From the human T2T-CHM13v2.0 reference genome, Homo sapiens, in the NCBI RefSeq assembly GCF_009914755.1, contig NC_060937.1: DNA of 64,000 nucleotides. One strand, given 5' to 3'. The notes under the pieces are model-generated. The model ran no database searches and was not told the origin of the DNA. It saw only the letters and a list, made by a program, of their open reading frames with translations. Every line of letters begins with the position of its first letter. Within the stretch, counting starts at the first letter, position 1. Positions 39,231 to 52,000 of the stretch are shown piece after piece. The position numbers and the translations under genes were made by a program.

Positions 39231-40064
39231 TAGAAATGACGAATGCTGGTACAGAAATGTGAGATTATATTGGAGGCATTAAAAGCTTATAATAAATGCT
39301 TTCACTTCACAAAAATCTTGTCTCATCAGACTAAACCAAGGTGTCTTTATTATAACCCAATTCCTCAAATCCCCATCTGAGCTTGAATTTGAAATGCTCA
39401 GAGATTTCTAGAGACTGAAAAATGAGTTTAAGCTACTCTGTGGACAAAGACAGTGGTTAAACTGTTTTTTTCACATTCAATTTAGTAATTAACTTTTTAA
39501 AAATAGAATAATTGTTCAACTAAACATAACTTTATTGTGGTAAATATCTTTTCAATGTACTATAAGTTTTCTAAGGGCAGGAATCACATTTCTTTAGAAG
39601 CTGAGTGCCTAGAACTCAATAGAAGCTTTTTGAATAAATGATGGGAGAAATTTTCTTTTATTGAAATTAAGGGTTTTTATGTTTGCTTTCCTACCATAAA
39701 ATTAGAGTTTAGTCCCTTGATGCTGTGCCCTTCTCTTTTTAATAATACTCCTTATTTTGAAAATAAGTGTATATTATATCCCAGTGAATTAAATATCTTT
39801 TCCCTCTTTACTATAGTTCCTGGAAAGAGTATATTGATACTGTAATAATATTTGTTTTCAACAGTAATAATTTGCTGGTAAACCTTATATTTGCGTTACT
39901 GGCTTTACAGTTTATCTTGCAAAACATTTGCTTCAGGATCTTATTATTTTAGACAACGAGTGCTGCAGAGGGAAATAGAACATAAATACCTAGTTCCAGA
40001 TAGAAAGTGCCACAGTGATTCAGTTTCATTGTGTGAGCTGAATAGAGATTTTTTTTAAAAAAGT

Positions 40065-40310
40065 TTGTTTTATTTTTAATTGTGGTAACAAATACGTAAC
40101 ATTAAATTTGCCATCTTAACCATTTTTAAGTGTACAGTTCGATACTATTAGGTATATCCGCATTGTTGTACAGCTGACCTCCAGAATTTCATCTTGCACA
40201 GCTGAAACTCTACGCCCATTAAACACGGATTCTCCCTTTTTCTTGCATCCAGCCCTTGGCAACCACCTTTCTCCTTTCTGTTTCCATAATTTTGACTACT
40301 TGAAATATAT
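40065..40310 (-). mobile_element. L1MB-type 3' end fragment
   Basis: TTGTGGTAA...CCATCTTAACCATTTTTAAGTGTACAGTTC...CAGCCCTTGGCAACCACC. Confidence 0.78.
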
Positions 40311-40544
40311 CATAAAGAAATATTCTTATAAGACATTTTGATACATTAGTTTTTATTTGTGTTTATCATTGTCATGTGGATCATTTAATTGCTAAGTGAC
40401 GTTTTCATTCTTATTCATGTACAATAAAACCAGTTAATTCTTTTTTAATTAGTGTCATGAATTTTGCCTGGGTAAGGATAAACAGTAAAATAATAAAGCA
40501 AAGAAAAATATTTTATATAATTTGTAAAGCAGTGGGTATATTTA

Positions 40545-40792
40545 GGATACAAAGTAGCAGATATATAGAGTGAACACATCTAGGGCTATAGGTAATAAAG
40601 TTGTATTATATGCGGGATTCATGCTAAATGAGTAGATTTTAGCTACTCTTGCCACAAAAACAAAAAATGGGTAACTATGTGAGATGATGGATATGTAAAT
40701 TTACTTCACTGTAGTAACCTTTTTACTGTCTATAGGTATCCCATAACATCATGTTGTATACCTAAAATATATGCAACACTTATTTTAAAAAA
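40545..40792 (+). mobile_element. L1MA-type 3' end fragment
   Basis: GAGTAGATTTTAGC...GGTAACTATGTGAGATGATGGATATG...AACATCATGTTGTATACC. Confidence 0.78.
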
Positions 40793-40947
40793 TCATAATA
40801 GATTTATGTTAAAAAAGACGAAATATGATATATTTTTAAAGCTGCCTATTATTAAGGACTCACTTTAATTTGAAAACCTTTTCTTTCTAAGATAATTATG
40901 GAAACCATGCTTTTACTCTTGGGAAGAGAATGGTCTTGCTAGAATAT

Positions 40948-41130
40948 CTGTGGTTCTCAAACTTGAGTGTGCATCAGAATCACCTGGAAGCTTCTGACAC
41001 AGATTGCCAGACCTCACTGCCAGAACTGCTCATTCAGGTGGTTTTGGGAGGAGCCTGAAGGAGCATGTGGATTCAATTCCCATGTGATGTTGAAGCTCTG
41101 GGCTCTGGGGCCCCATTTTGAGAACTATTG
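40948..41130. mobile_element. MER5A
   Basis: GTGGTTCTCAAACTTGAGTGTGCATCAGAATCACCTGGA...TTTGAGAACTATTG. Confidence 0.8.
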
Positions 41131-42516
41131 TTCTGGAGTTAACAGATATTCTAGAAGACAGTAAGAAATGGTTTGTCGAGATATGTACATTGGGTTTGGA
41201 AACGCTATACAATAATCACCTCTTAGGGATTCAGTGCCATTTGCATATGAAAGATTTGTTCAGATTCTGCCATAAAATAGCTTCTTGAACCTTATTTCCA
41301 ATATTTACTAAATTTACTTGATTGCAGAACTATCTTTTTACATAACATTGATTGCCTTTTGAGGGATACTCATATTCTAGTGTGCATATTTTGAAAAATA
41401 TCCTCTAGGTTAAAGAATTAGGAAAGTATCAAGATATTAGTGCCACAGTAGAAAATATAGGTTTATACATTTCATGGCGAGGCAGGGCAGTGCATAGCTC
41501 ATCTCTCTTCTTTAGCTTTAAAATCAGTATGATATAACTCTACTTACTAGTGTGGACAGAAATGTAAAGGATGTGTTAACTAAAGTACTTTAATTTCTTT
41601 AGAGATTGAAAATACAAAAACATTGTTGAAAACTTTGCTTACTTTACAGTATTCGTTTTGAGGTTTGTAATTGGAAAGTTCTGTCATAGTATCTTAAATG
41701 AATTGTTTGGGTTTTGATTGTGATCTGTGTAAATTTCACAATAATAAACACACCCAAACTGGTTAAATGTACGAACATAGTGGGAAATGCCTAGCCTGAC
41801 GAAAGAATTGAGAGGTATAAGGATACCTGCTTGGTCTGTGTTAGAGGGTAATGCCAAGTCAGTGATGAAAAACATCTGCAGGTATTCTGTACTTCACCTG
41901 AAGGCATTTTTTCACCCTGTGTGACATGAGAATTCTGCACATGGTTATCTCCTCCCAGAGTCCTCAGGTTCACATGTGGGGGGGGCCAGACCAAAGCTTA
42001 CTTTCTAGGTACTGTAAAGATAGTCTCTCACTTCCTGTTTCTGATGCCAAGAACAGTGATAGATCTACATTAATTCCCCAAATAAATTCAGCTTTGCAAA
42101 CATCCCATTCTTTGTATACATATGGTAATCTCCTTTCTGTAGGTTTTTACCCAAGGTTTTTTTTATCCAGAGCCAAATAATGTACCTGGTCAGCGGGGCT
42201 CCACAGAGTTTCTACAAAGATGCAAACTAAGCAAAGTAAAGAATGTTGATGCATTGCATTACATGTCATTCATACTTTCCTCACTTTAAGAAAAATTCTT
42301 ACATTATATATGGATATGGCACTTTTGAATACAGCTTATGTATCTGTGAAAATAGTAGATATAAAATAAATATCAGTTGAAGCATGGTGTTTTCACATTG
42401 TGCATGCCTAACAAGGTATAGACCATTCATGGCCAGAAACCAAGCAGGCCAGATAAGGGAATGCCCTACATAGGGCGCTTTACTTATATGTATATGCTGG
42501 CGCTAATTTTTTAAGG

Positions 42517-42840
42517 CAGTGGTCCCCAGTCATTTTGGCACCCAGGGACCAGTTTCATGGAAGGTAATTTTTCTGTGGACAGGGCCGGGGATGCGGCTAG
42601 TTTCAGGATTAAAGTGTTCCACCTCAGATCATTAGGTATTAGATTCTCATAAGGAGTCCACAGCCTAGATCCCTTGCATGCCCGGTTCACAACAGGGTTC
42701 GTGCTCCTATGAGAATCTAATGCCAGCTGGCAGAGGTCAGGCTGTAATGCTCGTCCCTTGCTCACCTCCGGCTGTGTGGCCCAGTTCCTAATAGGCAACG
42801 GACTGGTGCTGGTCTGAGGTCCAAGGGTTGGGGACCCCTG
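42517..42840. mobile_element. MER1B (hAT-Charlie)
   Basis: CAGTGGTCCCC / GGGGACCCCTG termini and an 8-bp TSD TTTTAAGG / TTTTAAAG. Confidence 0.88.
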
Positions 42841-43049
42841 TTTTAAAGCATTTAAAAATGTTAAGAATGGCTTAATAATGTGTCCAAAGTCATTCAGCTT
42901 CAGCATTCAAATGCTGAGAACAAGATTTGAATCAGGATTTGGCCTCCAGATTCTACTATATCTGCCACAATAGCACTTACTACTTGGCAGAAGGACTAGA
43001 ATGGTGCTTACCTGGATAACAGATTAAAGTTGCTTTTTTGTTGTTGTTT

Positions 43050-43180
43050 TTTAAACAGCAACATTTATTTATTTATTTCTCACAATTCTGGAGGCTGGGA
43101 AGTCCAAGATGAAGACACTGGCAGATGCGGTGTCTAGTGAGGGCCAGCTTCCTGATTCATAGATTGCCATCATCTTGCTG
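43050..43180 (-). mobile_element. MLT1 LTR fragment
   Basis: TTTCTCACAATTCTGGAGGCTGGGAAGTCCAAGAT. Confidence 0.7.
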
Positions 43181-43339
43181 GAGAACAAATTAAAGCATTG
43201 AAAGAAGAATAAATGCTCCTGTACAATCAAAGGGAATGATTAAAATATGTAAGAAACCCAAATAATTAACTGTAATAGCTCAGTGTTAAATAAATATCAA
43301 TGTTACTTTGTAAAGAATGTTACTTTAAATGAAAAGAAT

Positions 43340-43648
43340 GGCTGGGCGCAGTGGCTTACACCTGTAATCCCAGCACTTTCGGAGGCCAAGGCAGGTGGAT
43401 TACCTGAGGTCAGGAGTTCAAAACCAGCCTGACCAACCTGGTGAAACCCTGTCTGTGCCAAAGATACAAAAAAAATTAGCCAAGCATGGTGGTGGGCACC
43501 TATAATCCCAGCTACTTGGGAGGCTGAGGCAGGAGAATTGCCAGATCTGGGAGGCGGAGGTTGTGGTAAGCCACGATCATGCCAGTGTACTCCAGCGTGG
43601 GCGACGGAGTGAGACTCCATCTCAAAAAACAAAACAAAAAAGAAAGAA
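43340..43648 (+). mobile_element. AluS (Sx/Sq-like)
   Basis: Full dimer with ACCTGAGGTCAGGAGTTC. Confidence 0.92.
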
Positions 43649-44464
43649 CAGAACTCCAATATGCACCTATTCTGAAACCACTGAATTAGGAAAATTTTGA
43701 ATTCAATACGTAGACAAAAAAGATGAACATTTTCTCACATTTGCTTTTGAGTTTATTTCTTGACGCTGATGGAAAGGTAAAAAGGTGAGGTGCGAAGGAC
43801 CAATTTAGCCTCTCATTTTCATTCTTTTATATGTGTACTGATAAAGCCACCCTCAGTGAAATCGAATTAAGTAATATTTACTGCAAAGTTGTTTTTTGGA
43901 TTGAACATTTACTAGGAAGTTTTTACAGCCTGTGAACATAACATCCAAGTTATATTATTTCTTGGGACCAAATGTTTTGAAGTGAATATTTTTACATTGT
44001 TTTTCATAGGACAATCAGAATTTGAAAGCTTTGTGAAGTAGAAGGTGAAAGAAACAAAAATTCCTTTCCCTTGAGCTGAAGAGGCAAACCTAAGACTATT
44101 TTGCTAAAATTGTCCTTAGCATGGAGAAAGGTCCTTATCTAAGGGGGATCCATCAGAATAACTTGGGGAAAATTTTCATACCAAATCCCCTCATCCTCTC
44201 TTCCCAGATTCTGAATTCCCTACCCCGCCCCCAGTATGATTTGAACCTAGGAAGAGAGCAGGTATGTATTGTATGAAAAATTCCTTAATTTCCCTTCCTC
44301 CCAACTTAGCTGATCTAATGAATTACAGTGAAAAAAAAAAAAGCTTCTTGCCAATTTTTTCTCCACTTACTCTCCTTAAATATAAGAAGAACAGAGCAAA
44401 TAGGGAGATTAATTTTTACTAAAATGAAGGAATATTTTAGTTTTAAAGTTATGCATAAACACAG

Positions 44465-44951
44465 TTTAAATAATCAAATATTTTACACAGAAAAATCACT
44501 GCCATCATCCCTTTCTCCCCCTTCCATGGAGATAATCACTTTAAGCTCTTTTACATGGTTCTTTTGGTAATTAATTCAAATCTCTAAACAATATGCTCAT
44601 TTTGCTACATTTTGATTTTAAATTTTTTAAATAATCAAATATTTTACACAGAAAAATCACTGCCATCATCCCTTTCTCCCCCTTCCATGGAGATAATCAC
44701 TTTAAGCTCTTTTACATGGTTCTTTTGGTAATTAATTCAAATCTCTAAACAATATGCTCATTTTGCTACATTTTGATTTTAAATTTTTTAAATAATCAAA
44801 TATTTTACACAGAAAAATCACTGCCATCATCCCTTTCTCCCCCTTCCATGGAGATAATCACTTTAAGCTCTTTTACATGGTTCTTTTGGTAATTAATTCA
44901 AATCTCTAAACAATATGCTCATTTTGCTACATTTTGATTTTAAATTTTTTA
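44465..44951. repeat. Perfect tandem repeat, 3 copies of a 161-bp unit
   Basis: AAATAATCAAATATTTTACACAG starts at 44468, 44629 and 44790. The copies appear identical by eye. Confidence 0.97.
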
Positions 44952-46499
44952 GTATTACCTATTGATTGCCTGCTATGGTGGAAGAGGGTTTAGCACTGCT
45001 CATCCCTGCTTGAACAGCCTTCCCATCTGCTCTATTTTTTCCTATCTTATTTATCTCTAGTTAGCCTTGAACAAGGAATGATTCTTTTTTTCTCATAGAA
45101 AAGAGCTAAAAACAGGGGAAGTTGAAATTTTGCGGTTGAGAAAAACAAAATGTTAAGGTAAGGTCGCATAGGATGGCCTCAATTTTCTCAAGAAAATAAG
45201 AGATGAGTTCATCTGGGCTTGAGCTACTATGGGCTGCTATCAGTAATTCATTAGGGAGTTAACAGATGAATATCAGCATTGCTGCAGACCAGTGAGAAAT
45301 GACCAACAGATCTAAACTCATATGACAAATGGTCTCACCCAAACACAGTGGATTTGCTTGGAATGGTGGCATGCCAATTTTCATTATTGGCAAAGAACAA
45401 AACACCCAAAAGCCAAAAGGGACAGGTACACAGTTTGGTGAATGTGAGAAATTACATGTGCGGTCTCTGTTTAGTTACACGTAATAACAGACTACAGATC
45501 ACTTTTGTGAATAATCCCAAACTGCAAGTAATACAAAAAGTTAAAACATTTAACTTGAGACCTTATATATGTTTTCATATATTTGGATAGATATGGGTGC
45601 TGTTATTACATTGATTCACATCCTGATATTTCTCTTCACTTGATTAATATTTAATTGGCATTCCTAAACCCCAGAAACAACTTATGGAGTGGAGGGGTAC
45701 ATAACTCAGCAAACAGGTTACAGAAAGCCCACTTACAATTTCACATTCCTTTTGGAAAACTCACAAAGTGGATAATCTAAGATGTGGACAATCTAGAATT
45801 GACAACTGTACATAAAGGCTCACATTCTCTCAGGGCAACACTTGTATTGAATGTTGTTAGTTTACTGTGCTAGCTTTGTTTATACATTTGTAATAAGTTG
45901 GGCTTCTTGCAGATGGCAGATTAAAACATATAGTTTATTGCTTTTTTAAGCAAGTGCATCTGATTTTATATTTAAAAGGGTGTAGTTTTATGGTGCAAGA
46001 AAATAACAGGGGCACTGAGTTGGAGTATCAGAAGAAAATCCCTTAGGGCACGGCAGCAGTGCAGTTAGCAATAATTTTAATTGGACACCCAAACTAAGCC
46101 AGCCTCAAATCATGTGTATGTCTTACAAATAGGGTTTATTATGTCCTTTAAGTCCTTTTAGAGGCTTATGAAGATTTATACCAGTAGTTAGTTGCTTTGT
46201 CTGAGCTACAGAGAATATTTAATAGTTTTATCAGGATTAATGAACAGAAATGTCTCAACAAATGAAATTCTTTAGTATGTACACTGTAGTCATTTGGTAT
46301 TCTCTTTATTCACTTGCAGTATTGTCAGTAATAGGAGACACTGTTTGATATGAGCCCTTGTATTTCATATATTTGTCAGATTTTTGTGAAGCTGTTTATA
46401 TAGAGCATTTGTGTAGCACTTTTCTAACCTCAGACATGCCCAAGAATCATATAGTAAATATGTACATCTCAAAACTGATTTACCATATAACAAAGACAT

Positions 46500-46990
46500 T
46501 CACTCCATTTATGGCAACAAATATTCAGTGAGTGCCTACTGTGTGCCAAGTGCTGGAGACACAGTGTTGATCAAAACAGCTTAGTGGAATTGATGGCTTA
46601 GATAAGTACAATAATAATGAACATAATGTACTAGTAGATATTTCAATCTTGCTGCCCCAGGGAAGTAGAGGATAATGTAGAGTCTTTATCAGAGGTTGTT
46701 ATATGGTCTGGGAAATGAGAAAAGGCCTTCTTGGCAAAGTAATATCTTTACTGAGCTGAAGGTTCAAATAGAAGTTAACTAAGTAAAGAGGGAGTAGAAG
46801 GAGAAGCTTCAAGGCACAGGGAGTAAGAGCTGCAGAGGCTCTTAGGCTGAATGTGGTAAAGGCCCCTTTGAGGAAATGAATGGAAGCCACCAGGATTGGG
46901 ACTGGATTACATAGTGGGACAGGGAGAGGTTTAAGTCCAGTGAGTTCCGGTGAGTTCTGTTATGCACGTTAGTCTTTATCCCTGCAATAA
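46500..46990 (-). mobile_element. L2 relic
   Basis: CAACAAATATTCAGTGAGTGCCTACTGTGTGCCAAG...GAAAAGGCCTTC...GAGCTGAAGG. Confidence 0.6.
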
Positions 46991-47423
46991 TGCGTGCTGT
47001 TGTAAAGAATTTTGAAACTTAAAATATACAGAGAGGAAAGTACAAATTAGTGGTAATCCTATTACCCATAGCTTCTTCATTTTAAGACACTGTATTTTTA
47101 ATTAATGAATTGTCTTTCAGTTATATAAAGATTAAAAAGTAAATATGCAGACAGATACTCTTTTCTTGAACTGGGAAAAATGACAATCTTTACTACCATG
47201 CCATATTACTAATATCTGGAATAGGAAGTAATTTCGTAAGCCAAGCAATGATGTCTGTGCACACTGTAGTCCTAGTTTGTCAATTAGACTACAAATCATG
47301 GTTTTGTTTATATACAGTATTTAACATATTTTACCTTGTTTTCAAAAAGCCAATTTGTATAATTTTTCCCCACCCAAAATTGAGAAATTATTTTTCCTGG
47401 GATGTATGTGTATGTATATACTG

Positions 47424-47424
<1 letters not shown>

Positions 47425-47475
<51 letters not shown>
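47425..47475. repeat. (TG)n microsatellite
   Basis: About 22 TG units read directly. Confidence 0.97.
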
Positions 47476-47835
47476 TTGGTGGCAGTCAAACAACAGTAAT
47501 AATAATTATATCTTTTTAAAACCCAGGTTAAATAGTTAGCAAAACTCAGGATAGCTTTTTCTAAGTCATGTCAAAAAGTATGAAAATTATAGGAACAAAA
47601 TTGCTGCTTTTGAAGACATTTAAAAATTGTGGAAGTATAGATATTCTTATATAGAAGTTGTCAATATTAATGTATACTACATAAAATCAAACTTACATGA
47701 GAAATACAGATTTAAAAATTTAGGAGATAATAGGCATATTTAAAGGTATTAGAATTTGTCAGCCTGTTGAGAGAAGAAACCTGGAACACCGACAGGAAGT
47801 GTTTTCAGAGTTGTGCCAAATCTACAATTAGTCCT

Positions 47836-48165
47836 TGTGTTAGTCTGTTCCCATGCTGCTAATAAAGACATACCTGAGACTGCGTAATTTACAAAGGAAG
47901 GAGGTTTAATTGACTCACAGTTCCACATAGCTTGGGAGGCCTCAGGAAACTTACAACCCTGGCAGAAGGCACCTTTTCATGGGGCGGCAGGAGAGAGAAT
48001 GAGTGCCCAGTGAAGAGGGAAGCCTCTTATAAAACCATCAGATCTCATGAGAACTAACTCACTATCACAAGAACAGGATGGGAAAAGCTGCCCCCACGAT
48101 TCAGTGATCTCCACCTGTTCGGTCCCATGACATGTGAGGATTATAGGAACTATAATTCAAGATCA
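47836..48165 (-). mobile_element. THE1 solo LTR with a subterminal deletion
   Basis: Homologous to 12678-13039. TSD GTCCT at 47831-47835 and 48166-48170. Confidence 0.9.
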
Positions 48166-48656
48166 GTCCTTATGCTAACAACCTAGGCACAAAGGATCCA
48201 GTTGAATTAGTGAGCTCAGAGAAGCAGTCCCAATGTAATTTGAGGCAGAACAAAGCTCAGAGGATATGGGGAGCTGGAGGGCCTGGTATTCAGATGCTGT
48301 TAATGACTCTAACACATCTTGTAAAATGTCTTTCCTACCAAGTTGAAGAAGGATGTATCAGTCTGTGATTTAAACACTCCTCTATAATTTGTGTTCTGAT
48401 AATTTTTACATTATTAAAAACAGAAGTTTGGCATTCTGTGCATCTTATCAGAGTGGTCTGACTGTTGACTCCTTGTAGGGAAGGGGTGGCAGAGGTCACT
48501 AAGTTTTATATCCCAAGGAAACAGCCCAAGAAGACAGCTTTACTTACCAGCCTTCTGAGCACTTAGGGAGTGGCGGTGAAAGTGAAGTCATTCTGAATTT
48601 TTTGTCCCTCCTTTTCTCCCTTCCTTCTTTCCTGATGCTGTTAGTGTTTAGTGATA

Positions 48657-49021
48657 CAAGTTGAACATTGGCATTCCCAAATCTGATACCTGAAATGCTC
48701 TAAAATTCCAAGCTTTTTGAGTTCCCACATGACACCACAAGTGGAAAATTGTTAGATATAGACACCTTTGCTTTCCGGTGGTTCAATATACACAAACGTT
48801 GTTTCATGCACAAATTATTAAAAAATAGTGTATAAAATTACCTTCAGACTATGTGTATGAGGCATATTTGAAACATAAGTGAATTTCATGTTTAAACTTG
48901 GGTCTGACCCCCACCAAGATATCTCATTATGTATATGCAAATATTACAAAATCTGAACATGTCTGAAACCTTGGGTCCACATTCTGGTCCCAAGCATTTC
49001 AGATAAGGGGTGTTCAATCTG
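48657..49021. mobile_element. Tigger4/MER46-type MITE
   Basis: Homologous to 27165-27521. Confidence 0.85.
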
Positions 49022-52000
49022 CATAAGATAAAAGAGCCTACTGAGAAATTTAATTATAGCTTCATAATAATGTCTAGATCATTTAAAAAGTCGCCAATGA
49101 GAACAGAGGATTCCATAAGAGTGTTTTGGCCAAAAGTGAGCCAATGACATAGAGGCAGGGACATTGGCCACCAAGGAGTGTGAAAAGCTGGTTCTGGGGT
49201 GAGGCCGATTCTCGCAGGAGGCCTCCCCGCCTGGTGTCTGTTCTCACCCAGGAATTGGCCAGCAACTCATCCAGATCTTTCTTTACTCTTGGAAATGCCA
49301 GTGTGGTTCTTATGTTACTGGGCATGCCTTTGTTTCATCTTGAAGAACTTATCATCACTTCAACCCATTCAAAAGATATGAGAGAGGAGATGTGCAATTG
49401 AGTAATGATTAGGAATGTAGCACATATTGCATTTATAAAACACATCAAACTATTTTTCAAATATTAGAAGGTGTAATTGAGTCTGCAACACATTTTACTA
49501 AAGATATTTCCTTTAATTTTTAAAACCATGTGTATTACAGGGGGAAATGAGATCCATATGTTTGATTCTTGCACAGTTAAATGATATATTAAAGGATTAT
49601 TTGCAAATGCGTTAGAAGTTTATTGTCAATTAAAATAATCTACTTTTAAGGAAATTATGTTTTTTTTAAAGGTTTTTTTTGTTGTAATTTGAATTTTGGT
49701 CCAATATCCCTGTAGGGAAAACTGTTTAATAATAGCAAGTGGATATCATCAACGTGATTTGCTCCTAAGCAATCTCTTGATTTCATTGCATTTTGTTAAA
49801 CTGTTTTTAAGCTTCATCGGTTTTGATTTTAAGTAAAATTTACTAATGTCCCTTTTAATAAAATGTATCTGTGAATTATCTAGAGTGAGCTGTTTAGTTT
49901 CAGAGGTTCTCATATTCCAATCCTTTGAAACTACAAAGTAATACTTATAAAATTGAAATAATTAAAAATAATTAGCAGAAACTCTCCAAAATAAGACAAT
50001 CAAAACCATCTGGGCTTGAATATATTAAAAAATGTTGATCAAGGAAAACACCTTAGAAATCTGTGTGTTATCTTGTAATTTCAAGTGTGGATATTTTAAA
50101 TCCTGAAGAAATGGGATCAAATAAGCTCTCAGTAGTGTTCTATATCAACTGTAATTTAACACATCTGTCCAGAGGAGTAGTGAATAATGAATTACACTAA
50201 TCAATCCAGATAAAAGAGATTTAATTAACATTAACATCTCCTCAAAGTCTTTAAAACTTTCTTTTTTTTCTTTCTGTTTTGGTATTCAGGGGTTCTAATC
50301 TAAGGGTCCTTTGATGATGAAAGAATATTTTTAAGAGAGATTTTATTAAAAGGATTTGTGATATTTAGATGTATGTAAGATGAAACTTTTCTCCAATTTT
50401 TTAAAAAGGCACTTCATAAAACATAAAAAGGCTGTCAGTATTATCACTTCGTATTACTTTATAAAAATATCTGGAAATAAAAGTTGTTGTATAGGGAATA
50501 AACATGCTTTGCCAAATTTTAATTAATATGTATTCAAAAAATTGATGATGTCTGGATAACCAATGAGTGACCTTCAGTGCTTTGTAGGGCAACCTGCAGG
50601 CATGGAGGCTCAGCAATAAATACTTAGCCCACTAAGGTGATTGAAGGGGTTACAGGTGTTTTCTGCAAAGTGGTTAAACCACTTCATGAGTAAATGTAAA
50701 TCTTCATACAGACCTGTATAGGGCAGTCTACAACCACAGGCCAGTTACAGTAATTAAACAAGCAACTGAAGAGTTATGACAATGAGAGCAGTGAAATGAG
50801 AATCTGAATATGGTCTTTTCACTATGTGGGGAAGTCCTCATTTTGGTCTAAGATGGAAGCAAGAGAAGAGACCAGGGTTAAGAGTGACAATTGCCACAGA
50901 TAGGGATGTTATACTGACCCATAACTGGATTTTATCGGTACCACATTGAAGCCTTAGTGTAACTAATACTGATGACTTTATTAATGCTAACACTGCAACG
51001 TCTTTAATGCACACCAGCAGGAGACAAGGGGAGAACCCTAACCTGGGAGTCAGAATGCCTGACTCATATTCTTTCCCAACTCATTTAATCTGCCTTCACT
51101 CCAGTACTCCAATTCGTAAAATGCAAATAGTAGTATGTGCCCTAGGGCTCAAAAGACTTTCAAAACGTGAGAATAGAGATAGATATTCTGGAAATATGAT
51201 GTCCTCAAATTGATTATTTTTTGGTACACTGAAAGACAATCAAAAAGTGAAACAAAAGAGGCATTTAAAAGTAGTATTAGGAAAAGTGTCGATCTCTTTT
51301 TAAGAAAAATAATGCAATGCAGAACAATTTATATGTAGTATATAAATATTTATATGCCGAAATTACTAACATAAATATATGTATATCTTCATATCCACTT
51401 ATAGACAAAGATATATGTATAGGGAAAAATTTACCCTATGTTGATAAAACTTGTATGCACAGTTCAGCCTTTCAGTTTAGAGGATCAAATCCTACCAAGA
51501 GGGTCAGGCACATTTTATTTTATTTTGAGCCATTTGAGATGTATGTGAATTCCAATTTATATAAAAGGATTTGTTTATTGTATACAGCTGTCATTGCTTT
51601 CAGGAGTAAAAGGTGAGCAGCACAGTCTGAAAATAAATATTGAAACTTCTTTTACATTTTCTGAATTGTTGTACTGGTCATGAGAGGCTGATATTGCATG
51701 GAAAAATAGCTCCTCTTTTGAAAAATACTATTTTATGGCACATGGACTCACAGAGTAAAGAGACATTTTCTGTTAGTATCATCACTTGAACATGCACTTA
51801 GCAAGAAACTGAATATGGTAGAATTTCTTTACTCAGTTCAAAGGATTACTCATTTTTGTTTCATAGTGTTTGGTCTGGGCTCTAAATGAAGCAAGGAGGT
51901 TATTGTAACGAGACTCTTGGTAATCATGCAGAACCATTTGCTGACTTGATAAGGTTCAGGTGCAAATTTGTCAGGTCATCTAGATGCTTGCCCCAATAAA

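Noticed and set aside
44465-44951. Possible CRISPR-like array or satellite
   Set aside because: The copies are contiguous with no unique spacers and the context is eukaryotic. The unit shows no alpha-satellite (171 bp) similarity that I can see.
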